DNA from: Synergistaceae bacterium
GTDB lineage: Bacteria > Synergistota > Synergistia > Synergistales > Synergistaceae
Direction: 5' to 3'
NCBI GenBank assembly: GCA_031257775.1
Contig: JAIROA010000033.1
Location: 1,321 to 65,320, forward strand
DNA length: 64,000 bases
Position 1 is the first letter of the stretch; every line of letters begins with the position of its first letter. The position numbers and the translations under genes are program-made. The notes under the pieces were generated by a model. The model was given only the letters and a program-made list of their open reading frames with translations. It did no database searches and had not been told where the DNA came from. This document shows positions 46,714-55,187 of the stretch, piece after piece.

Positions 46714-47910
46714 CTAGAAAAAAGAACGGATGCAGGCGTGCCAGTCCTTCACATCCATTCCTCCGATCACCGAGTTTATGGTATACTGCGGGTCTTTGTC
46801 GCCGCCCAGAGAACAGGCCTCAAGGCACGTTTCCCAATCATCCCCGCTCAAGGTCACAATCCTGTCATTCTCGCCCGGAAGGCGCGTGTCCGGTATTATG
46901 CCGAATAAAACGTCGCCTGAATCGCTCACGAACCTCGTGACCTTAAAACGGCGGTCTCCAGCCCCTGTCATCTCGAATCGTTCGCGCTTCTTCATCTGGC
47001 GCGCCTCGGCAAGCTTCATGGAATCAGTGTCAAGCTCTATCTCAATCCTCGCCAGTATCGGCCACAGGCGGAGATATGCTATCAGCCTCGCTATAGCTGG
47101 ACGCCCGATTCCCGTCATGGCGTTTATGCTGTCCTCGGAACGGTACGACGCGCCAGGAAGGTATTTCCAGAAGGCCTCTCCGAAAGTATGCTCGCCGCCA
47201 AGCGACCAGTCGCTGAAGCCAAACAGAAGCCCTTTTGAAATGGGCAGAAGAAACTCGCTCCAGCGCTCCGGAGTGGCATTGATTATTTCCTTCGCGACAG
47301 GGGCATTCCTCATAGTGAACGGCAGGCACCCCTCTTTCAAGAGGAAACCGGGCCACGGCGCTTCATCGCTCTTATTGTGCTCCAGGATGGCCGCTTCGGT
47401 CTCCGTGGGGATGAAACACGGGCGCATGCACCACTTGCCCTTTTTGGGGGTGTACGCGTACCAGAGCGTGTCTTTCTTATTTTCGGCTATCAGAGTCAGG
47501 TCGGCCTCGCTCCTGGCCGCTTTCGTCGTGTGCAGGATATCGCCAAGGAGCTGGACGCCGCGCCATTCAAGGGATTTCAGCGACAGGGCCTCCTCTCCTT
47601 TAACGATGAGCGAGGCAATGCTTTCCGCTATACTGTCCATGGGGTATTCTTTTATGGATTTTCCAGCTTTGATCTTGAGGCTGCGCTCAGCGCCTTCGGC
47701 CCAAGACAGATGAACGTACTTTTTTTTGTTCGTGTTCGTGTTGAATATGCCAAGCCTCGGAAGGCTGTCGCTTCTTACCAGGAGAAGCGTAAGGTCGTCA
47801 TCCATAACTTCCTCAGCGATTACCGATAGATCAGCGCCGGTTGCCAAAAAAATCACCTCAATGCCATTTAGTAACTTAGCAATACATCTCTGCAAAACGC
47901 AGGGGATCAT
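46714..47910 (-). CDS. hypothetical protein, about 360-398 aa
   Basis: Long ORF 12 nt upstream of the 586-aa gene. The start is ambiguous among ATG 47910 (no SD), TTG 47847 (after GAGGTG) and ATG 47805 (after GAGGAA). No recognisable domain. Confidence 0.65.
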   Translation of the reverse strand: MIPCVLQRCIAKLLNGIEVIFLATGADLSVIAEEVMDDDLTLLLVRSDSLPRLGIFNTNTNKKKYVHLSWAEGAERSLKIKAGKSIKEYPMDSIAESIASLIVKGEEALSLKSLEWRGVQLLGDILHTTKAARSEADLTLIAENKKDTLWYAYTPKKGKWCMRPCFIPTETEAAILEHNKSDEAPWPGFLLKEGCLPFTMRNAPVAKEIINATPERWSEFLLPISKGLLFGFSDWSLGGEHTFGEAFWKYLPGASYRSEDSINAMTGIGRPAIARLIAYLRLWPILARIEIELDTDSMKLAEARQMKKRERFEMTGAGDRRFKVTRFVSDSGDVLFGIIPDTRLPGENDRIVTLSGDDWETCLEACSLGGDKDPQYTINSVIGGMDVKDWHACIRSFF

Positions 47911-47950
47911 ATGTCATTAAACAGGAGGTTCGCAACGGCCATTACGCTTA

Positions 47951-47988
47951 AAAATCAACGAAAGAGCCGAACCCGTAGGGCCCGGCTC
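47951..47988 (-). terminator. intrinsic terminator downstream of rpsU
   Basis: Minus-sense sequence is GAGCCGGGCCC-UAC-GGGUUCGGCUC, an 11-bp stem with two G-U pairs (47964-47988). It is followed by UUUCGUUGAUUUUU. Confidence 0.6.
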
Positions 47989-48024
47989 CTGAATTATCAC
48001 AAAAAAACCGGCGAAGCTTCGGCC

Positions 48025-48210
48025 CTAATCCACTCTCCTGTGCTTATTGCGAACGGAGGCCGCCTTCTTGCGTTTTTTAATTTCGCTAGGTTTTTCATAA
48101 TGCTCGTGTTTACGGGCCTCTCTTAGCACTCCTACCTTCCGGAGTTCCCGTTTGAATCGCTTCAGAGCATCCTCTATCGTCTCGTTTTCCCGTCGAACAA
48201 CGCTGGTCAT
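48025..48210 (-). CDS. rpsU: 30S ribosomal protein S21
   Basis: MTSVVRRENETIEDALKRFKRELRKVGVLREARKHEHYEKPSEIKKRKKAASVRNKHRRVD. Start at ATG 48210 after GGGAGGGGGG. The longer track ORF, which extends to 48372, is an upstream extension. Confidence 0.9.
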   Translation of the reverse strand: MTSVVRRENETIEDALKRFKRELRKVGVLREARKHEHYEKPSEIKKRKKAASVRNKHRRVD

Positions 48211-48332
48211 CTCATGTCCCCCCCTCCCGTTTGTGCCGGTCGAGCATAAATAATAACGCAACCTCTTGCCCAACTGTCCGCCCCAAAGCGGTACACCTTC
48301 CAACATGGGGACGCACTCTTCACATAGGTATT

Positions 48333-49352
48333 TTAACCCAGCTTTTGATCCCGCACAATAGCAGAGGCCCACACCCTTACCACGGGAGACTTATGCTCTG
48401 TCATTATTTTATTTATAGCCGGCATAAACCACATGGGTATTTTCTCCTTTTTCATCAGCCGCAAAAGCGGAACGAGTATGGATTCATCATCCTTTTTGAT
48501 GAGCCCGAGCAAATCAACCGACTCCGGCAGGCTCTGGTCAAGGGGCCATCCGTTCAGCGCGGCGGCAATCACGGAATTAACAGGGTGAGAGAGAAACGGC
48601 ACGAAGAATTCCTTCGGGACGTTCTGCCTCCTGAACCATTTTAGCACCATCATGGAATCGGCCGGGGAAAAACCGCCCGAATGAGAGGCCAGCGCCCTGG
48701 CAAGGTCTTTTGACATTGACGGCGCGGAAAAGAGCGAAAGAAGGCTCTCCAGTATCTCAGAGGAGGGCGCATGCCTCGTAAAGTGATCCACGACGGCCCT
48801 CCTCATGTCGTTAGTGGCGTCGCGGGAGGATATGCTTCGCAGCGCCAGCATCACGACGCCAGGGTGCCTGCTTCTCAGCCTCCGCAGAATTGCCTCGATC
48901 CGGCTGCTGGCCTTCATCTCGCCCCGGTGGGAGAAAATACCCTGCATCTCAAACTCCGCCCTCGATATGACGCTGCCAAGGAAACGCACCCTTGCCGGCG
49001 GCAGATCGTAGTCAAACTGCTCTTTCTCGTGACTTTTCTTCACTGCCGCGCCGAACAGGTTCTTCCAAAAGGCCTTAAAAACCGACTCCTTAGCCTTGCC
49101 CGTCGCGGGCTGCGCCTGACGGCGCTCTTCCTGCCCGGCCTGCCGGTTTCTGGGCCGCCTGGATGGCGCCCGCGACACAGTCTCCTTAAGGGTCATGTAA
49201 GCCTCGGTTATTTCCGAAAACTTCCTTGCCCCGTCAGGACCCGCAATGTCGGGGTGATACGTGCGGGCAAGATGCCTGAACGCCGATTTGATCTCGTCCC
49301 AGCTTGCGTCGGCACTAAGGCCTAGAATTTTGAAGTTCGCGTTTGAGTTCAT
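48333..49352 (-). CDS. J-domain protein with HEAT/ARM-like C-terminal repeats (non-canonical DnaJ-like)
   Basis: J domain NFKILGLSADASWDEIKSAFRHLARTYHPDIAG with the HPD motif. It has no Gly/Phe region or zinc-finger CxxCxGxG repeats. The C-terminal helical repeats include a HEAT-like HKSPVVRVWASAIV. Start at ATG 49352 overlaps the upstream stop as ATGA. Confidence 0.8.
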   Translation of the reverse strand: MNSNANFKILGLSADASWDEIKSAFRHLARTYHPDIAGPDGARKFSEITEAYMTLKETVSRAPSRRPRNRQAGQEERRQAQPATGKAKESVFKAFWKNLFGAAVKKSHEKEQFDYDLPPARVRFLGSVISRAEFEMQGIFSHRGEMKASSRIEAILRRLRSRHPGVVMLALRSISSRDATNDMRRAVVDHFTRHAPSSEILESLLSLFSAPSMSKDLARALASHSGGFSPADSMMVLKWFRRQNVPKEFFVPFLSHPVNSVIAAALNGWPLDQSLPESVDLLGLIKKDDESILVPLLRLMKKEKIPMWFMPAINKIMTEHKSPVVRVWASAIVRDQKLG

Positions 49353-50926
49353 GGCGAGACCACCTGCTCTATCTCCGCGATCATCCTGTCTATCACTTCG
49401 AGAGCCTGCCACTGCAGCGCGCTGTCCTCATTCCGCAGCGAACGGGCCTCCGTGACGATTATTCCAAGGCGCTGCTGAAAATTATCGGGAAACGACATCG
49501 AAAGGCGCGCCAGGCGGTCTTCCCTCACGCGCAGCTCTGAGGCAATGTCGCAGGGCATGATGCCTGACGCGTCCGTCTCGAGCGATATCGTCTTTCTGCT
49601 CGTTTTTCTCTTTCTCTTTACCTCGACATGGAGAAGGCCTCCGCCGTCAACCCTGAAAAAAACCTCCACTATCTCGCCGTCCTTCACGTTGTCTACGTAG
49701 AGCGTCTGCAATACCCTGTTGAGGCTTTTGACTCTCCCCTCTCCCTGCACGATCGTCACTTCCAGGCTGCCGTTGCCATACGCGGTAAAGCTTCTCTTTG
49801 CCTCGGCGGGAAGAGGGATTCCCCTGCCGAGTATCTGAACTACCCCGCCGTCAACGTTCATCACGCCGAGGCTGCGGCTCAGGACATCAATGAGAAGCCG
49901 TTCTCTCCCCTGGTTCGCGTAAAGCGCGGTGCCAGTGACTACGGCGTCCTCTGGGGACGAACGGAGGCGCTCGGGATCCTTTACTTTAGCCGCCAGGGTA
50001 TCGCGAAGGAGCGGTATGCGCCCGCTGCCCCCCACGACCAGCAGTTTCTGCGGATTATGCCTTCTCCACATGCGGGAAACCATGCCTGCCACCTCGTCGA
50101 TCACCGGGCGGATGAGCATTTCAAACTCCTGCCGTGAAATTTCGATGGACCGTTCCCGCGACGATAAGCCGGCGGGAATCCTCCATGTCACGCTCCCTGT
50201 GCTGCTCAAGGCTATTTTCACTCCCTCGGCTTCCCTCATCATGAGGGAGCCTCTGGGATCCTCAGCCCTGGAGAACGGTATGCCTGCCCTCCTGCACATC
50301 CGGTCGGCAAGAAGCCTGTCCAGATCATAGCCCCCTATGTCCTTCCTGCCTTTGCTCTCTATGACCTGGAATATCCCGCGCTCGCCCTCGACTAAAGAGA
50401 GGTCGAGCGTCCCGGCGCCAAAATCTATGATGAGGAATCTGCCATCCATGCCTATAGAGAGGGCTGCCGCGGTCGGCTCGTTCACTATCCTGATTTTCTC
50501 GAACCCGGCGCTCTGCGCGGCCCTAGCCAGCGCGCCGCGCTCCGGGAAGCTGAAATGTGCCGGGACCGCCAGTACGCACGACGAGACGAAAGCCCCCAGA
50601 TAGGCCTCAGCGTCCTCCCGCAAGAGGCATATCATAGGAATCAGAAGCTCTTCGGGCGTGTAGGTTCTCCCGCCCATGCGGGCAACCCAGTCCGTGCCAA
50701 GATGACGCTTCATATCCCACCACGCGACCTGCGGATCGGTAAGGGCGATCTTCGCGGCGTCCTCGCCCGCAATCAGGCCGTCGCTCGACACGGCGACCAT
50801 AGATGAGGTTCTAGTGTTCCCCCATCTGTTGCGTATGAGCGAGACTCCCTTTCCGGGCATATCGACCGCAAGCTGGGCGTACCTCGTCCCGAGGTCGACT
50901 CCTACGACAATTTCTTCCACCAACAC
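49349..50926 (-). CDS. non-canonical Hsp70-family ATPase (DnaK paralog, 525 aa)
   Basis: Actin-like ATPase motifs VGVDLGTRYAQLAV, IVNEPTAAALS, IIDFGAGTLDLSLV and LLVVGGSGRIPLLRD. SBD-like IDVLSRSLGV ... VTIVQGEG. The helical lid is short. Start is GTG/TTG at 50920-50926 after AAGGAG. Confidence 0.85.
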   Translation of the reverse strand: MLVEEIVVGVDLGTRYAQLAVDMPGKGVSLIRNRWGNTRTSSMVAVSSDGLIAGEDAAKIALTDPQVAWWDMKRHLGTDWVARMGGRTYTPEELLIPMICLLREDAEAYLGAFVSSCVLAVPAHFSFPERGALARAAQSAGFEKIRIVNEPTAAALSIGMDGRFLIIDFGAGTLDLSLVEGERGIFQVIESKGRKDIGGYDLDRLLADRMCRRAGIPFSRAEDPRGSLMMREAEGVKIALSSTGSVTWRIPAGLSSRERSIEISRQEFEMLIRPVIDEVAGMVSRMWRRHNPQKLLVVGGSGRIPLLRDTLAAKVKDPERLRSSPEDAVVTGTALYANQGRERLLIDVLSRSLGVMNVDGGVVQILGRGIPLPAEAKRSFTAYGNGSLEVTIVQGEGRVKSLNRVLQTLYVDNVKDGEIVEVFFRVDGGGLLHVEVKRKRKTSRKTISLETDASGIMPCDIASELRVREDRLARLSMSFPDNFQQRLGIIVTEARSLRNEDSALQWQALEVIDRMIAEIEQVVSP

Positions 50927-50951
50927 AGAACTCCTTCCGCAAAGACGCGCC

Positions 50952-52355
50952 TTAGCCGCAATAAATCAGCTCTTCGCTAAAATCCTCTTTGGAAATGCCT
51001 TCGCCGAAAAGTATACCGCCTATTTCGGATTTAGGAGACACGGAAATTTCCGTTCCCTCAAAACCCTGCCCCCGCGACAGGGCGTAAACCTTTAAATAAT
51101 GGCGGGTCCACCCCGACACCACGGATACGCCCGGCGTATGGCCAGGCCTGGAAGATTCGCAGAATATTTCCTCGCGCGAGCCCACCTTGCCTGACGCGTA
51201 TCGCGACAGCAGGCGCCCGGCAAGCTCCGCCGCGCGCCGGACGCGTTCTTTTATAATCGCAGCGTCCACCCTGCCGCTCATCTTAGCGGCGTCAGTCCCC
51301 TCGCGCGGCGAAAACGGGAAAACGTGAATTTTCCCGAAGCCGGACTCCTCCAAAAAGCCAAGGCTCCGCGCAAAGGCGCTTTCCGTCTCGCCGGGGAAAC
51401 CTACTATAAGGTCAGTGGAAATATGGACGTCCCCGCCAAGCGCTGAACGGACTCTGCCTAACATCCGCCTGAATGCGTCCGTGTCGTAGCCGCGCCTCAT
51501 TCTGGCTAACGTCTCGTCGTCGCCGCTTTGAAGCGGCAGATGCAGATGGGGGCAAAAAACCCCCGACCGCGAGAGCGCGTCAAGCAGCTCTCCCGTCACC
51601 GCGAATGGCTCTAGCGAGCCCATCCTGAGACGCATGAGGCCCTTTATGCCCGATAGGCGCTCGATGAGGCCCCCGAGACCCCCGTATTCGCTTTTGTACG
51701 ATCCGATATGAACTCCTGTCAGCACGGCCTCGCGGCACCCTGACTCCACGATCCCAGACACCTCGCGGATTATGTCCGCCGCCGGGCGCGAAACCTCGGC
51801 GCCCCGGACACTCGGCACGATACAGTAGCTGCAACGCCTACCGCAGCCGTCCTGCACCTTGACGAAAGCCCTGTCGCGAAGGCGCGGGCGATCCAGCGAA
51901 AGCTCGTCCCACGCGGCATTCTCCCCTAGGCTCATGTCTCGTCTCGATATAAGCGCCGGGCCGAGATCCCGCTCTGAGGCGAACCACTCGTAAAGGGCGT
52001 CCGGCAGCGCGCTCTTCATCCGGTTACCTATCAGGATATCGGCGCCAAGCTCCGAGGCCTCCTCTGCCGGCAGATGCTGGACAGAGCAACCGCAAGCGAC
52101 AATGACGGCGGACTTGTTCTGCCTGCGCGCGCGGCGGATGAATTTTCTGGCCTTCGCGTCAGCGGCGGATGTCACGGAGCAAGTGAGTATTATGACGATG
52201 TCGGTGCCCCCGCGCGCCTCACGGCAAAACACCGCCCCTCTTTCCTCCAGCATGGAGGCAAGGGCTTCCGCCTCAGACAGATTCGTCCTGCATCCAAGAA
52301 CGAGAATGGAGAATGTTTTTCCGGCTAAACGCAAGAGAGGCGAAACCAGCCGCAT
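50952..52355 (-). CDS. mtaB: tRNA methylthiotransferase, MtaB-like (radical SAM MiaB family)
   Basis: N-terminal LGCRTNLSEAE, radical SAM VQDGCGRRCSYCIV, and a TRAM-like C-terminus. Position after rsmE is as in the Bacillus dnaK operon. Confidence 0.85.
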   Translation of the reverse strand: MRLVSPLLRLAGKTFSILVLGCRTNLSEAEALASMLEERGAVFCREARGGTDIVIILTCSVTSAADAKARKFIRRARRQNKSAVIVACGCSVQHLPAEEASELGADILIGNRMKSALPDALYEWFASERDLGPALISRRDMSLGENAAWDELSLDRPRLRDRAFVKVQDGCGRRCSYCIVPSVRGAEVSRPAADIIREVSGIVESGCREAVLTGVHIGSYKSEYGGLGGLIERLSGIKGLMRLRMGSLEPFAVTGELLDALSRSGVFCPHLHLPLQSGDDETLARMRRGYDTDAFRRMLGRVRSALGGDVHISTDLIVGFPGETESAFARSLGFLEESGFGKIHVFPFSPREGTDAAKMSGRVDAAIIKERVRRAAELAGRLLSRYASGKVGSREEIFCESSRPGHTPGVSVVSGWTRHYLKVYALSRGQGFEGTEISVSPKSEIGGILFGEGISKEDFSEELIYCG

Positions 52356-53077
52356 CCCACTATCGCCGCCGTCGAGGCGCGCAGGATACCGTGCCCAAGG
52401 CTTACTGGCACGAAATTTTTCTGCATGAGGGCATCCGTCTCGCCGTCAGTCCAGTCGCCCTCAGGCCCGACGGCAAACGCGGCTTCCTCCCGCACGGAGG
52501 CCTGGGAGATCGGCATGGCCTCTGGCGAGAGGATCGCGGCGTAGCGGGTCTTTGGGATTTCCTGCCAGTCAAGACCGCAAAGAGCGACTGGCTGATATAT
52601 GGCGGCGGGACAGGCGAAACCGGATATTTTAGAGCCCTCGTCAAGAATTTTCTGCCACCGGGACATCTTTTTCGGCATCTCGCCCTCGTTGATCCTTGGC
52701 ACCGACCTTTCGCAGATTATAGGCCTGACGTCCCTTACGCCAAGCTCTGACGCCGCCCGCAGGACGGAGTCGAACTGTTCCGCTTTTAAGAGGCCAATCA
52801 AAAGCGTGAGGCTTATGCCGGGCAATTCCGGTTCTTCGGGGCCGACCTCGCGGAGATAGCTTTTCCCGCCGATCTTTTCGAGGCGCATTTTGATTTTACT
52901 CCCGCCGCCGTCTGGCAAAAGCCCCTCCGCCACAGCCCCTTCATAAGAGCGCAGAGATTTCGTAAGATGGCGATCCTGGGCACCGTCGAGCTTCCATAGG
53001 CCGTCACCGGCCTTAAGGCAGCGCTCAAGCCTTACTTTGGGCAGAGACACCCCACCAATCCTCCACCTGCAGCTCAT
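52325..53077 (-). CDS. rsmE: 16S rRNA (uracil1498-N3)-methyltransferase RsmE
   Basis: SPOUT-type C-terminus (AFAVGPEGDWTDGE ... SLGHGILRASTAAI) and an N-terminal PUA-like part. The start is uncertain (a GTG/TTG around 53044-53050 is possible). Confidence 0.8.
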   Translation of the reverse strand: MSCRWRIGGVSLPKVRLERCLKAGDGLWKLDGAQDRHLTKSLRSYEGAVAEGLLPDGGGSKIKMRLEKIGGKSYLREVGPEEPELPGISLTLLIGLLKAEQFDSVLRAASELGVRDVRPIICERSVPRINEGEMPKKMSRWQKILDEGSKISGFACPAAIYQPVALCGLDWQEIPKTRYAAILSPEAMPISQASVREEAAFAVGPEGDWTDGETDALMQKNFVPVSLGHGILRASTAAIVGCGWFRLSCV

Positions 53078-53924
53078 CGACCGCTTCCAGCCCGCTGCCG
53101 GAGAGCGCTTCGAGAAATCCGTCCCTCTCCCTCTCTATCATTCCGGAAAAAATAGCCACAGCCCCCGGCTTCAGGACTTTCCTGACGTCAGGGAGCATCT
53201 GGACGAGAGGGTCGGCCAGAATATTTGCCAGCACCAGGTCGAAGCCGTCCCCGACATTGGTGAGAAGATCCCCGACCTCAAGCGTGACTCGGGCCATATC
53301 GACTTCGTTCAGCTCCAGATTGTTTCTGACCTCGCTTATCACCGCCGGGTCGAGGTCACGGGACACTGCCCGCGACGCGCCTAATTTCAGCGCCGCGATG
53401 GTCAGTATGCCGGATCCGGTCCCGACATCTATGACGTCTCCGACGGGCTTGCCGCTGCGCGAGCGATTAACGAAGTGCCGCTCAAGCAGCCGAAGTATGA
53501 CCTGAGTGCTTTCGTGATAGCCAGTCCCGAAAGCGCTGGCAGGGTTTATGTAAAGCGGTATCCTCCCGTCAGGCACCTTGTCCTTGTGCCACGGTGCCAG
53601 CACGACCAAGCCATCGCCCAGCTCCAGGGGCGGGAAGGCTTCCTCGCTCTGAACTGACCAGGGCTGATTTTCTATCTTGCCTATATCCTCCATCCTTATG
53701 TCAGGCCAGGGCTCGAGCGCGCCAAGCAGCCGGCTCCTCCAGAAAGAGATTTCCTCGTCGCCGCGATAATATATCCGCATCCTAACCCCGTCCGGCAGTT
53801 CCTGAACCTCAGTGCCGATGCTGCCCGATATTTCGGCAGCCGAGTACAAGATTTCCTCGCACTCCCGCGAGGGGATGCTCCCGCGATCCAGAACCGTTAT
53901 ATACCACCACCAGCTTCCCATCAA
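53025..53924 (-). CDS. prmA: ribosomal protein L11 methyltransferase PrmA
   Basis: INPASAFGTGYHESTQ and the SAM motif DVGTGSGILTIAALKLGA. Confidence 0.9.
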   Translation of the reverse strand: MMGSWWWYITVLDRGSIPSRECEEILYSAAEISGSIGTEVQELPDGVRMRIYYRGDEEISFWRSRLLGALEPWPDIRMEDIGKIENQPWSVQSEEAFPPLELGDGLVVLAPWHKDKVPDGRIPLYINPASAFGTGYHESTQVILRLLERHFVNRSRSGKPVGDVIDVGTGSGILTIAALKLGASRAVSRDLDPAVISEVRNNLELNEVDMARVTLEVGDLLTNVGDGFDLVLANILADPLVQMLPDVRKVLKPGAVAIFSGMIERERDGFLEALSGSGLEAVDELQVEDWWGVSAQSKA

Positions 53925-53956
53925 GCAACACCTCCCGAGGCGGATTTAACTAACTG

Positions 53957-53997
53957 CAAAACATGGAGAGAAGGCGATCGTCCTGCCTTCTCTCCAT
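53957..53997 (-). terminator. strong hairpin terminator after dnaJ
   Basis: Perfect 13-bp stem, ATGGAGAGAAGGC (53963-75) pairing with GCCTTCTCTCCAT (53985-97), and a 9-nt loop. The minus-sense stem is followed by GUUUUG. Confidence 0.7.
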
Positions 53998-54020
53998 TCT
54001 ACATCATCAATGGGCAAAAT

Positions 54021-55172
54021 CTACCCCGCGAATTTATCGCGTAATTTGCCAAAGAGCCCTTTATCCTCAGAAACTTCGACCTTCATCTCCGCCGCAAGCT
54101 CGGTCAGAAGCTTTTTCGCGGTATCGGAGAGGTTTTTAGGCACGCTGACGCGGACGTGAATATGCAGATCTCCCCTGCCCGAGCCCCTGAGAAGCGGCAT
54201 CCCGCGGTTCTTTATGCGAAGCACGGAGCCAGGCTGAGTCCCGGCCGGGACATCCAGCTTCTCCACTCCGTCAAACGTCGGTATGGATACGGTCGCGCCG
54301 AGAGCGGCCTGGGGAATGGCTATGTCGATCTTCGTGTGGAGGTCGGCCCCGTCCCGCTGGAAGCGGCTGTCCGGCGTCACTTCCAGCACGATGAACAGAT
54401 CACCGGGAGGCCCGCCGTTCCTGCCGCCCTCGCCTTCCCCGCTTATCCGCAGCCTTGTCCCCGTATCGACGCCAGGCGGTATCCTGACATCGAGCTTCCG
54501 GTTGCGCCGCGTGCGCCCATGCCCTCTGCACTCCTTGCACGGAGTCTTTATGATCTTCCCCTCGCCTTTGCACTGAACGCACGGGACTACTTGAACCATC
54601 TGCCCGAAGGGCGTGCTGGTGACCCGTTCCACCTGCCCGCTTCCTCCGCATGCCGTGCATGTCTCGGCGCTCGAGCCTGGCTCCGCTCCGCTGCCGGAAC
54701 AGTGGGGGCAGTTTTCCTCCCTCGGAACCTCGACCTCGCGGTTAATGCCCTTATAAGCGGTCTCAAGGGTGATCCGCATGGACATCTCAAGGTCTGAGCC
54801 CTTGCGGGGCGCGTTGGGGTTAGCCCTGCTGCGCCCCATGCCCCCGAAAAAGCTGTCGAAAATGTCCCCGAAAATGTCCCCGCCCATGCCGCCGAACGGA
54901 TCCCTGCCGCCGAAACCGCCTCCGGGCGGCGCGTCCCCGACAAAGCCGAACTGGTCGTACTGCGTCTTCTTCTGGGGATCACTCAGCACGTCATTCGCTT
55001 CGTTGATCTCCTTGAATTTCTTCTCGGCGTCCGCGTTGCCCTGATTGGCATCGGGATGGTACTTCCGAGCTAGCTTCCTGTAGGCCTTTTTGATTTCGTC
55101 CGGCGAGGCGTTCCGAGGCACCCCCAGGATTTCGTAATAATCTTTCTTGCCTGGCCCTGCCACAGCACTCAC
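54021..55172 (-). CDS. dnaJ: molecular chaperone DnaJ
   Basis: J domain (DYYEILGV ... KYHPD), Gly/Phe-rich region, and four CxxCxGxG zinc-finger repeats. Confidence 0.95.
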   Translation of the reverse strand: MSAVAGPGKKDYYEILGVPRNASPDEIKKAYRKLARKYHPDANQGNADAEKKFKEINEANDVLSDPQKKTQYDQFGFVGDAPPGGGFGGRDPFGGMGGDIFGDIFDSFFGGMGRSRANPNAPRKGSDLEMSMRITLETAYKGINREVEVPREENCPHCSGSGAEPGSSAETCTACGGSGQVERVTSTPFGQMVQVVPCVQCKGEGKIIKTPCKECRGHGRTRRNRKLDVRIPPGVDTGTRLRISGEGEGGRNGGPPGDLFIVLEVTPDSRFQRDGADLHTKIDIAIPQAALGATVSIPTFDGVEKLDVPAGTQPGSVLRIKNRGMPLLRGSGRGDLHIHVRVSVPKNLSDTAKKLLTELAAEMKVEVSEDKGLFGKLRDKFAG

Positions 55173-55187
55173 CTCTTCGTTCTGATT

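Noticed and set aside
47990-48020. A second, palindromic element (CGAAGCTTCG) followed by T7, immediately after the rpsU stop.
   Set aside because: It can form only about 3 bp plus a mismatch around a 4-nt loop. The adjacent 11-bp hairpin at 47964-47988 is the credible terminator.
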